From Polyangiales bacterium (GTDB lineage Bacteria; Myxococcota_A; Polyangia; Polyangiales; Houyiibacteriaceae): a DNA stretch of 39,933 nt. The DNA lies in assembly GCA_045106895.1 (NCBI GenBank), contig JBGCFM010000218.1, forward strand, positions 1 to 39,933, read 5' to 3'. Below are positions 28,573 to 37,267 of this stretch, piece by piece. Within the stretch, counting starts at the first letter, position 1, and each line of letters begins with the position of its first letter. Position numbers and translations under genes: made by a program. Under the pieces are notes generated by a model that made no database searches, was not told the DNA's origin, and saw only the letters and a program-made list of their open reading frames with translations.

Positions 28573-30674
28573 GCGTGCTCGTCGGGCTCGGGCTCGTTGT
28601 GCTCATCCCGAAAACGCTCAGCACGCCCGCGGATCCTGAGCTCTCCCCGAAGATTCTCGACGCGGTCGAGGGCCCGGAGCACATCCATCACGCCAGGCAT
28701 ATCGTCGGACGCGATGGCCCCCTCGAGGGCGCCTTCAAGGAGAGCCTCCGGGTCCTCGGACTCTTTGAGCTCGTCGAGGAGCGCACGGAGACCGTCTCCC
28801 GTCGTCGCCACGATGGTGACTTCTGGACCTGAGACATGGGTAACAATCGCCGGCGCTGGGGGTTCCGGGTGGCGAAGACTCGGCGATTCTTTCGGTGCCT
28901 CCACGAGCACAGGCCGAAAACGTGGCTCTTCCGCAGGCTCTTCGCGGACGCCGGTCATTTCGAGTTCGGGGCGCTCAAAGACTTGGGAAGGAAAGGCCTC
29001 CTCGAAGAGCGCATCGTCGAAGCTCTCCATGGAGTCCTCATCCCCAAGGGAGAGGTCTTCGATGGACAGCTCCGCGGACTGGAACTCTTCCTCGTAGTTG
29101 ATCTCGGCGCCTGCGCCGGCGTCGCCCGCGAGGCTTGGTCCAAGGCGAACAAGAAAAGGATGCGCCTCATCCGCCTGTCCACGCTCCACGTGAAAGCGCG
29201 CCGCCGCGACGAGGGCATCTTCGTGGGTCACGTCATGGACCGTTCCGCGCAGCAGACGACCGAGGAGTTCAGAGGCCCGTTCGTCGTCGCCTTGCTCGGC
29301 GACGGCCTGGGCGAGTTCCACGAGAATCCGTGCGTTGCCCTTCGACTCGACGAGCGCTTGCTCCAGGAGACGCTCTGCTGCCTCCGCGCCGTGTGCGAGC
29401 ATCGCTTGTTCAGCTCCAAGCCGGCGCCATTCCGCCGCTTGGGAACCTCGCGTCTCCAAGTCGGCGGCGCGCACATAGAGTTCTGTCGCTGCGTTCACGT
29501 CTTCTCGTCGAGCGTGAACCGCGGCGAGGGCAGCCGACGCCAAAGGTTGGTCCGGTGCATCGTCGCGGCATCGCTGCGCAAGGGCGAGAAGGTGCGACTC
29601 GTCGTCGGCGGCCAAGGGGTCTGCGGCGGCGGCAAAAATCACGATCACTTCGGCGGCGAAGGTTGCGCGCGTGAGACGGGCCAAGGGGCCAGCCCACGCC
29701 GAGGCGAGGAGGCGCAAAAGCAACGGGTTGCCCGCGCCGGCCCAGCGATGCGCCCAGCTTCGGTGGCGCGTCAGATCACCGCTGAACACAGCCAAGCTAA
29801 GAAAGACCCTCTCCTGCCAAGCGTCGGCGAGGTCGCCGGTCGGCGACACCTCCGCGGAGCGCTCCGCCACCAACAGCGTGGCATCGGCGCGAAGCCAACG
29901 TCCGGGCTCCGCATCGATGTGCGCCTCCGCGCCCTCGGCGTTCTCCATCTCTTCGCGGGACAGTGGTGACGTCGCCGGCGCGCGCATTCCGGCGTAGCGG
30001 CCGCCTTCGGCTTCCAGGGCAGCGGCGAACACGCGGCCTTGTTCGAGGAATTCTGTCCGGTCCGGCTCGCTCTTTTGAGAGCGCAGGCGGAAACCTTGGG
30101 CATCGAAGGTCACCTCGAGGTAGACGCTTCGGTCGTCCGGAAGACGCCACCCCTGAGGGAGGAGCGCTTGGGCCATGCACAGACGAAGCGGCCGTCTCAC
30201 GACGAAGGCACCGCTCATCACTTCAAACGGAACGCCGACGCGCTGAGCCGCAGCGAGGAGACGGTCCCATGCGGACGTAGGCCCCGCGCGAAACCAGCGG
30301 ACGTTCGTCGGGATAAAGAGAAGGTCGGCTCCGCGACCACCGACCCTTCCTTCCACGCAGAGCACCCCAATCTCATCTTCAAGCTCGATCCGGAGACCAT
30401 TCTTGAGAGCCTCGAAACGCACCCGCAGTCCGAGCGGGGCCGCGCGAGCGCTCAGCGAAGAAAAAGGCACGCGCGCGCTTGTGCTTCCGAGTCGTGAGCG
30501 TCGATGGCGGACCCGTTCAGTCCCTCCGCGCATGTCGAAGGCGCCACGTATTTCGGTGTTCATCGAGAGCTCTTCGATTCGCGCAGGCCCTGCGCTGATC
30601 GGCCCCCTTGCCTTCACGATGCATGACCCGCCCTCGAAGAAAAGGTCGAAGCGAGGGCTCTTTCGAAGGCTCAT
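28569..30674 (-). CDS. Hypothetical protein with central TPR-like helices and acidic C-terminal linker
   Basis: 701-aa ORF, translationally coupled to its neighbours (ATGA overlap at 28569-28572; 3-bp gap upstream). Confidence 0.7.
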   Translation of the reverse strand: MSLRKSPRFDLFFEGGSCIVKARGPISAGPARIEELSMNTEIRGAFDMRGGTERVRHRRSRLGSTSARVPFSSLSARAAPLGLRVRFEALKNGLRIELEDEIGVLCVEGRVGGRGADLLFIPTNVRWFRAGPTSAWDRLLAAAQRVGVPFEVMSGAFVVRRPLRLCMAQALLPQGWRLPDDRSVYLEVTFDAQGFRLRSQKSEPDRTEFLEQGRVFAAALEAEGGRYAGMRAPATSPLSREEMENAEGAEAHIDAEPGRWLRADATLLVAERSAEVSPTGDLADAWQERVFLSLAVFSGDLTRHRSWAHRWAGAGNPLLLRLLASAWAGPLARLTRATFAAEVIVIFAAAADPLAADDESHLLALAQRCRDDAPDQPLASAALAAVHARREDVNAATELYVRAADLETRGSQAAEWRRLGAEQAMLAHGAEAAERLLEQALVESKGNARILVELAQAVAEQGDDERASELLGRLLRGTVHDVTHEDALVAAARFHVERGQADEAHPFLVRLGPSLAGDAGAGAEINYEEEFQSAELSIEDLSLGDEDSMESFDDALFEEAFPSQVFERPELEMTGVREEPAEEPRFRPVLVEAPKESPSLRHPEPPAPAIVTHVSGPEVTIVATTGDGLRALLDELKESEDPEALLEGALEGAIASDDMPGVMDVLRALDRVENLRGELRIRGRAERFRDEHNEPEPDEHA

Positions 30675-30677
30675 CTC

Positions 30678-31823
30678 TTACCCGTTTTCCGGTGGCGGCG
30701 GAGGTCGCGTCGAAGCGGAGCAGCTCGGCGCCGGAATCCTCTCGCGAAACTCCTTCCAGGGTTCGCCAAGTTCGTCCGCCGCCTCACTGGCGATGGTGTC
30801 GAGGCGCTCGTTCTTGGCGCCCAGCGCCTGGGCATTCTCAGCGCAAACGAGGGCCGCCAGCCACCGCCCGCTCGCGGCGTAGCACTGCGAGAGCAATGGC
30901 AGAACCTCGCGGTCATTGGCTCCCAAGGTCAACGCGCGTCGAAGCATACCGATGGCTTGGCCCGACGTCCCTCGCGCCACGAGGCTTTCGCCGTAGCGAA
31001 CAAACAACCCCGCCAAGACCGTCGTTCCTTGAGCCTGAGCCCACTGCACCCCGAGGCGAAAGCACTCCGCCGCTCGCTCTGGTTCGTCCGCTCTGTCATA
31101 GGCGGTGCCGAGGAGGCCAAGCGCTTGAGCGAGGCGGTCACGAACCTCGGGTTCGAGGCCATAGCCGTCGGGCGAACGGAGGAGCATCGCCAGCGACGCC
31201 GGCCACTGCTCAAGAAGCGTGCGAACCTTGCCCCAGTTGTCTTCGAAAGCGGCGCGCTCGGCTTCATCGACGACAGAGAGTTCGAGGCTGACGTTTCCGC
31301 CGCGCTCCTTTGTCTCGTGGCGGACACGCTCGAAAAGTGCGGCCCGCAGTTCGTCGAGGGGAATCTCTTCCTCCGCGGCACCGACACCCACCGTGAGCGA
31401 AGGCGGCAACTCACCGCCGACGTGGAGCGCATCGAGACCGATGCCAAAGAGCCCACTCAAAAGAACGGTTCGAAATCCGACGAACGCTTGGAGCTCTTCG
31501 TTGCTTGGCTCTCCTTCGTCGGGCAGAAGCTCGTTGACCTCAGGGGACGTGAGCGTCGCCGCCAGGCGCTGGCGGAACTCCGAGAGAGTCACCTGGTGAG
31601 TTTCCGCTCCTTCGCCCGCGCCAAACTCGACGAGCGAGGCGTCTGGGTTGCGGGGGTCGACGTGAACGCTGGTGATCCTCGCCCCGACGATGATGGAGAA
31701 GGCCAACACGTGCTCACCGATCGCGTCGGCGAGTTGACGGACGTGGTCGCCCTGATTGGCTAGACGACCAAACCAGCCGTCCGCTCGGATGCCCGAGAGA
31801 GAATAAGAACCGCGCTCGGCCAT
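30678..31823 (-). CDS. Hypothetical protein with C-terminal TPRs
   Basis: 381-aa ORF; AIGMLRRALTLGANDREVLPLLSQCYA is TPR-like. Confidence 0.75.
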   Translation of the reverse strand: MAERGSYSLSGIRADGWFGRLANQGDHVRQLADAIGEHVLAFSIIVGARITSVHVDPRNPDASLVEFGAGEGAETHQVTLSEFRQRLAATLTSPEVNELLPDEGEPSNEELQAFVGFRTVLLSGLFGIGLDALHVGGELPPSLTVGVGAAEEEIPLDELRAALFERVRHETKERGGNVSLELSVVDEAERAAFEDNWGKVRTLLEQWPASLAMLLRSPDGYGLEPEVRDRLAQALGLLGTAYDRADEPERAAECFRLGVQWAQAQGTTVLAGLFVRYGESLVARGTSGQAIGMLRRALTLGANDREVLPLLSQCYAASGRWLAALVCAENAQALGAKNERLDTIASEAADELGEPWKEFRERIPAPSCSASTRPPPPPENG

Positions 31824-31882
31824 TTTAGTACCCTATCACGCCGCGCCCCTGTGCGGCGCCAACCTTCAACAGTCGATTCAAC

Positions 31883-32842
31883 CTAGGCATCCAGCTTTTC
31901 TCTGTACCAGGCGATGGTCTTTTCGATGCCGTCCTCAAGCTCGATCTGAGCGCGGAAGCCCAGCAGTCGCTCGGCCTTCTTCACATCCGGAATGCGGAGT
32001 TCGACGTCGGCGAAATCCCAAGGCACGCGCTCGATGGTCGACTGGCTCTCGGCCAAGCGCACCACGAGTCGGGCCAGCTGGTAGATGGTCACGGTGCTCC
32101 GTGGGTTGCCGATATTGAAGGTCTCGCCCACGGCTTCATCACGGGTGAGGGCTTCGGCGATGGAATCGACGATGTCGTCGATGTAGCACCACGAACGAAT
32201 CTGATCGCCCTCGTTGTGCACATGGATGGGCTCTCCGCGAAGCGCCCGAACCACGAACGCGTGGATCGCGCCCTCGCCAACCTGTCCTGGACCGTAGATA
32301 TTGAAGGGACGAATCGCCGTCGTCTTCAAACCGAACTGCTTGTAGTAGTTGTGCGCCAAGTGCTCCGTCGCGAGCTTGCTGACGGCGTAAGTCCACCGCG
32401 CTTCGCCAACGGCGCCGAGGCTCGTGACGTCCGCTTCACGCACCCGAAACGCGTAGGTCCCGAACACCTCCGATGTCGAGAAATCGATAAAGCGCTCGAT
32501 GCCGCCCACCTTCTTGGCCGCTCGAAGGGCGTTCATGGTCCCCTCGATGGAGACCTCCATCGTGAGCACGGGGTTGTTGAGGACCGTGTCCACGCCGGCG
32601 ATCGAGGCCATATGAACCACGTAATCGGAGCCATCGATGGCGGCTTCGAGGGCTTCGTAGTCTCGAACGTCCCCTTTGATGAGGGTGACGTTTGGGTGTG
32701 TGTCCAGCCCGGCTTCGGCCAGCGCGTTCCGGCGAAGGATGTCGAACACCCTTATTTGGTTATGATCCGCCAATCGACGCACGAGCGCCGTGCCGATAAA
32801 TCCTGCGCCACCGGTGATACAGAGGGTCTTGCCTTCCAACAT
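31883..32842 (-). CDS. NAD-dependent epimerase/dehydratase (extended SDR)
   Basis: ITGGAGFIG, STSEVFG, YxxxK (YAVSK), RPFNIYGP and GDQIRSWCYIDD motifs. Start ATG 32842 (alternatively 32854). Confidence 0.92.
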   Translation of the reverse strand: MLEGKTLCITGGAGFIGTALVRRLADHNQIRVFDILRRNALAEAGLDTHPNVTLIKGDVRDYEALEAAIDGSDYVVHMASIAGVDTVLNNPVLTMEVSIEGTMNALRAAKKVGGIERFIDFSTSEVFGTYAFRVREADVTSLGAVGEARWTYAVSKLATEHLAHNYYKQFGLKTTAIRPFNIYGPGQVGEGAIHAFVVRALRGEPIHVHNEGDQIRSWCYIDDIVDSIAEALTRDEAVGETFNIGNPRSTVTIYQLARLVVRLAESQSTIERVPWDFADVELRIPDVKKAERLLGFRAQIELEDGIEKTIAWYREKLDA

Positions 32843-32915
32843 GCGCGGGAGCATCGCACAAGAAGCCTCAAAGGCTCTCGTTTACAAGCGGCCTACCTCA
32901 TGAAATATTGCCGGC

Positions 32916-33590
32916 ATGGGTATTTTCTCACGTCTCAACACCGTAATTAAGTCCAACCTGAACTCCCTTGTCGACAAGGCAGAGGATCCAGAGAAGCTCA
33001 TCGGCCAAACCGTCATCGACATGAAGGCGGAGCTCAAACGGGCGAAACGCGAGCTTGTGACGACGCTCGGCACCTCAAAACGCCTCGACAAAGAGGCCGA
33101 CGAACTGGAAGAAGAGCTCGGTGACTGGGAACGCAAAGCCGTTCTGGCGCTCAAGACCGGCGACGACGATCTCGCGCGTGAAGCCCTCAAGCGCAAAGCC
33201 AAGACGAAGGCCAAATACGAGCGCGTTCGTGGTCAAGCCGCCCAGCAGGCCAATGACGCCAACAACATGAAAGACACCATCGAGCAGGTGGAGATCAAGA
33301 TCGAAGATCTCGAGGCTCGAAAGACCAGCCTCGCGTCGAAAGTTCGGCAAGCTCGCGACACCCCAGACGGCAGCGCGGGTGGCCGCTTTGGTTCCAGCAC
33401 GTTTGACGAGCTCGAGCGAATGACCGGCCAGATCGATCAGCTCGACGCCGAAGTCGAAGCCCACGCGATTATCGACGATTCCGGCGAGGTGGCAGACCTC
33501 GAACGTCGGTTCCGAGACCTGGCGAAGAGCGGCGGCGACAGCGCCGTCGAGGATGAGCTCGCAGCGCTCAAAGCACGGCTCGACGACTGA
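32916..33590 (+). CDS. pspA: PspA/IM30 (Vipp1, ESCRT-III superfamily) protein
   Basis: MGIFSRL..IKSNLNSLVDKAEDPEK, WERKAVLALKTGDDDLAREAL and VEDELAALKARL motifs. Confidence 0.93.
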   Translation: MGIFSRLNTVIKSNLNSLVDKAEDPEKLIGQTVIDMKAELKRAKRELVTTLGTSKRLDKEADELEEELGDWERKAVLALKTGDDDLAREALKRKAKTKAKYERVRGQAAQQANDANNMKDTIEQVEIKIEDLEARKTSLASKVRQARDTPDGSAGGRFGSSTFDELERMTGQIDQLDAEVEAHAIIDDSGEVADLERRFRDLAKSGGDSAVEDELAALKARLDD

Positions 33591-33623
33591 GCCCGTGCAG
33601 CGTCCCGTACCTTCACAGGGGCT

Positions 33624-35909
33624 ATGAGCACGGAACTCAGCTCAGATGCGCCACCGCCCGTTGACTCCGAACGCCTGATCGTTTGGCACCGTCTGCTTCC
33701 GCCGACGCGCCCCGAACAGGATGACGCTGCGGCGGCGGCGGAGTGGGTGTACTCGGTGTCCGCGCGAGGAGCGGGCGCCGGAGGAACGTTGCTAACGCGA
33801 GTCGGTGGGTCCGTGGTCCTCGCTTTTGAGCTGGTGGACATCCACCAAGCCCTCGAGTTCTGCCTTGGCCTCCTCAGCGAAGCGGATGAGTTGGGCGCCA
33901 CGCACGGCCCGCGCATCGCCCTGGGGCTCGCGATGGGGACCTTTTACCCGCAAGGCGACTGGTTTGGAGGCTCCTCCATCGACCGCGCTCAGCTCCTCGC
34001 CGGCCTCGCTCGCCATGGCGAGCTGGTCCTCGACGAACCCACGCGCGACGCCGTCGAGATGACCTACCTCTTCGGCCGTTCCATCGGCTCCGGTGTCTCG
34101 CCGATTCGCGGTTTTTCCATCGACCGAAGCGTTCCTCGACGAAGCGCTTGTCGGGCGTGGATTCGAGAGCTCAAGCCGGCCCCCGTGCCCCTGTCTACGG
34201 CCGCCGCCCTGCAGGAGATTCGTACGCGGGCCGCTCAATCGAACGGATCCGATTGCATCGTCCTCCGGGGTTCCAGCGCCAACGGAAGCGGCGCGTTCCT
34301 GAGCGAACTCGCCGAAGAGCTCAACCCCAGCGTGATGCTGCACTTCGCGGGTGTCCCCGGCGGCCTTGAACCCCTCGGGAGCCTGCGCCTCGCGTTTTCG
34401 CGCGAGTGGGGCAGCGGGCCGCGCCTGGAAGCTGCCCTTGGCGCGGGTTCGTCTTCGTTGGGTCGCGTCGCTCGCGGCATGCCCGTCGAAAAAATGCAGC
34501 TCTTCGACGAGCTCTCGACGCTCATCAGCCGTCTGTCGGAGAACGGCCGACCGTGGTTTGTATTCGACCCTTTGACGAGCATCGACCCAACCACCTTGGG
34601 GCTCGTCGCTGGCCTCTCGCAGTGCACCCCACTCTTCCTCGTCGTGCGGGCTCCCGTCGGCGGAGTTCTCCCGGGGCCCTTCGCGGAGCTTCCCTGGCGC
34701 GAGTTTAGTCTCCCTGGACTCAGCAGCGAAGACGCAGCGTCCACGGCCCGCGCCATCTTGGGCCCCAGCACCGCAGATGACGTCGTGCAGCGCGTCGCCC
34801 AGTTTGGCGGCGAGTCCGTGCTCGGCGTCGAAGAAGCGGCGCGAGCGCTCGTCTGCAGCGGCGACCTTGTTTTTGACGGCGTGTGCTTCCGATGGCGCCT
34901 GGGACCCCGACTCGGATCCTCCGCGATTCCCGTCGACCGACTCATCTCGGAGCGCCTTGAAGCCCTCGATGAGACCGCCTCCCGAATGCTGGAGGTGATC
35001 AGCGTCAGCCCGCCAGGGACACCGCGACTTCTCGGCGCGGCCATCGCAGAACGCGATGGCCTGAGCGCCGAACGCCGCCGGGACGCGACGGCGCAGCTCT
35101 CGCAGGAGGGGTATCTCGCGGGGGGGAGTCAGCTTCAGCCGTCCAGCGAAGTTCTTCGGAGCGTCGTCATTCGGGGCATGCCTGCCGGCCGCCTCGCCGA
35201 GCTCCATCGTTTCGTCGCCGACGCGATGGGCGCATCTTCGCTCTTTCCGGGGCCGCTCTCTCGGGCGACGACTGGCTACTTCCTCGCGGAAGGCGGCAAC
35301 GCCCTCGACGGCGCCATCGCCACCCTCGACGCGGCGCGAGCAGCGCTCAACGCCAACATGCGCCACGCCGCCCGACGCCTCGCCGCCGCCGCCGTCCAGA
35401 TTCATCCGCTGGTGGAAGTCCGCCAGGCTGCAGCAGACATAGCGCGCGACGCCTCCGAGGACGAAATCGCGACGGACGACGCGCCGGCGCGCCTCGCCGC
35501 GCGCGCCGTCACGGCGCTGCTCTCGGGTCACTTCGACGCCGTCGACGACCAGCTCGACATGGCGATTGCGGAGGGCCGCGACCTCGGCGCCACGCATCGA
35601 CTTCGGGCCATCAACGCCCTCGGCCGTGGCGACACCAACGCCGCCTTCGCGGCCTTCGAGAAGGCTCACGCGAAGGCCGGGGACGACATCGGCGCTCAAG
35701 CGCGCGCGTCGCTCACGCTTGCTTGGGTGCTCTTGCACGACGGCGATGGCGAGAGCTGTATCCGCGCAGGCCTCGCCGCCCTCGCCGCGACCCGCCGAAT
35801 GAAAGACCCGCGGGGGGAAGCGGCCGCGATGCACACCCTCTCGGCGGCGATGCGCGCGATGGGACGCGAGAGTGACGCCGCCGCCATCGCCGAAGCCGCG
35901 CCGGTTTAA
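33624..35909 (+). CDS. Degenerate class III cyclase-like + STAND/AAA-like + TPR protein (probable pseudoenzyme)
   Basis: Architecture echoes cyclase (RIALGLAMG, SSIDRAQLLAGLARHGELVLD), ATPase (IVLRGSSANGS, WFVFDPLTSIDPTTL, LPGLSSEDA), winged helix (LISERLEALD) and TPRs. Confidence 0.7.
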   Translation: MSTELSSDAPPPVDSERLIVWHRLLPPTRPEQDDAAAAAEWVYSVSARGAGAGGTLLTRVGGSVVLAFELVDIHQALEFCLGLLSEADELGATHGPRIALGLAMGTFYPQGDWFGGSSIDRAQLLAGLARHGELVLDEPTRDAVEMTYLFGRSIGSGVSPIRGFSIDRSVPRRSACRAWIRELKPAPVPLSTAAALQEIRTRAAQSNGSDCIVLRGSSANGSGAFLSELAEELNPSVMLHFAGVPGGLEPLGSLRLAFSREWGSGPRLEAALGAGSSSLGRVARGMPVEKMQLFDELSTLISRLSENGRPWFVFDPLTSIDPTTLGLVAGLSQCTPLFLVVRAPVGGVLPGPFAELPWREFSLPGLSSEDAASTARAILGPSTADDVVQRVAQFGGESVLGVEEAARALVCSGDLVFDGVCFRWRLGPRLGSSAIPVDRLISERLEALDETASRMLEVISVSPPGTPRLLGAAIAERDGLSAERRRDATAQLSQEGYLAGGSQLQPSSEVLRSVVIRGMPAGRLAELHRFVADAMGASSLFPGPLSRATTGYFLAEGGNALDGAIATLDAARAALNANMRHAARRLAAAAVQIHPLVEVRQAAADIARDASEDEIATDDAPARLAARAVTALLSGHFDAVDDQLDMAIAEGRDLGATHRLRAINALGRGDTNAAFAAFEKAHAKAGDDIGAQARASLTLAWVLLHDGDGESCIRAGLAALAATRRMKDPRGEAAAMHTLSAAMRAMGRESDAAAIAEAAPV

Positions 35910-37057
35910 ACGACGTCGCTGGGCACCCTCATCTTCGCGGGGTAGCACCCTAAGACACGAAGCATGCTCGTCTCCTTTCGAAAGTCCTCGAGGGCCCGCT
36001 GGACATGGAGGTCCGCTGTGTTGCCTTCAAAGTCGAGGTAGAAGCGGTAACGAAACGGGCTCTTAGGCTCTGGCCGTGACTCCAGCTTCGTCAAGTTGAG
36101 GTCGTGCTCGGCGAGGACCGCGATGCAGCGTGCGAGGGAGCCGCGGGTATGACGCGTTGAGAAAACCAAGCTCGTCTTGCAGGTCACGCGGGGGTCAAAC
36201 GCGCGCGGGTCTCGGGCGACGATGACCATGCGCGTGAGGTTCTCTTCCTCGTCCTGGATGCCGCGTCGAAGGATCGGTAGCCCATGGATTTCCGCGGCCT
36301 CCTCGCTGGCGATGGCGCCATGGCGTTTGTCTCCATCTGCCTTGATCTTCGCCACGGAGAGCGCCGTGTCTTCGTATGCTTCCGAGCCGCACTCAGGCAA
36401 GCCCGCCAAAAAGCGACGGCACTGAAGGAGCGCCACGGGGTGAGAATAGACGCGACGCAGATCCCGCATCTCCACGCCGGGCAGCGCGATGAGGCAGTGA
36501 ACGACGGCTTGCGCCTCCTCGCCGACGATGTGCAAGTCCAGCTCGTTGAGCAGGTCGTAGCTCTCGTTGATGGAGCCGGCGATGCTGTTCTCGATGGGCA
36601 ATACGGCGTAGTCCGCGACGCCATCACGCACCGACTCGAGCATGGGGCGAAACGCGTCGTGTCCCGTGAGCTCCGTGTCGCCTTCGAAGGCGGCGAAGTG
36701 GCGCAACGCGCAGCTGTGGCTAAAAGCGCCCTCCCCGCCCTGGTACGCGACACGCCGAAACGTGGTGTGATCGCCGGCGAGAAGAACTTGCTGCCGCCGA
36801 ACGGAGTGGTCGATGAGCTCGCGAAAGATGCGTGTGATGACGAAGGGCTCAAGACCCTTGCCCGCGCCGAGCTTGAGGAGACGCTGGAGCAACGCTTCTT
36901 CACGCGCTGGATCACGAAGCACCCCGCCTTCTTTCTTTGCCGAGGCGACCTCGTCGATGACGCTCTGCCGGCGAGCCAAGGCGCTCACCAGATCTGCGTC
37001 GATGCCATCCAGACGTTGGCGAAGGGCACCCAAGGGTGAAGGAGGCTCACTGCTCAT
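35906..37057 (-). CDS. pheA: Bifunctional chorismate mutase/prephenate dehydratase (P-protein)
   Basis: N-terminal CM_2 (LRQRLDGIDADLV..RDPARE), PDT (VAYQGGEGAFSH, LPIENS, SHPVALLQC, NLTR) and ACT (NLTKLESRP) domains. Confidence 0.95.
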   Translation of the reverse strand: MSSEPPSPLGALRQRLDGIDADLVSALARRQSVIDEVASAKKEGGVLRDPAREEALLQRLLKLGAGKGLEPFVITRIFRELIDHSVRRQQVLLAGDHTTFRRVAYQGGEGAFSHSCALRHFAAFEGDTELTGHDAFRPMLESVRDGVADYAVLPIENSIAGSINESYDLLNELDLHIVGEEAQAVVHCLIALPGVEMRDLRRVYSHPVALLQCRRFLAGLPECGSEAYEDTALSVAKIKADGDKRHGAIASEEAAEIHGLPILRRGIQDEEENLTRMVIVARDPRAFDPRVTCKTSLVFSTRHTRGSLARCIAVLAEHDLNLTKLESRPEPKSPFRYRFYLDFEGNTADLHVQRALEDFRKETSMLRVLGCYPAKMRVPSDVV

Positions 37058-37267
37058 GGGGCGACGGTATCAGGAGAGCCGTCGGCGGAGACCAAAAGCA
37101 CGACAGGCGTCGCCACCCTCGCCCCCTCATTTGCAGGACAGCGAGATTCGTCCGCCTATCTGCTATCGCCCCCCACCTGATTACACCTTCGTGATATTAG
37201 TACCTTGTGAACATACTCGCTTCTCAGACTTCGTCTGGCGGCAGCTGCGGCCCTTGGGCCTTCGGAG

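Noticed and set aside
29182..29197. parS-like sequence CGCTCCACGTGAAAGC
   Set aside because: Several mismatches to the TGTTtCACGTGaAACA consensus, single copy and inside a CDS.
33792..35948. 718-aa antisense ORF (similarly 4834-6489, 1318-2394, 11156-12391, 20732-22030)
   Set aside because: Shadow ORFs opposite well-supported genes, expected from high-GC codon bias; no recognisable motifs.
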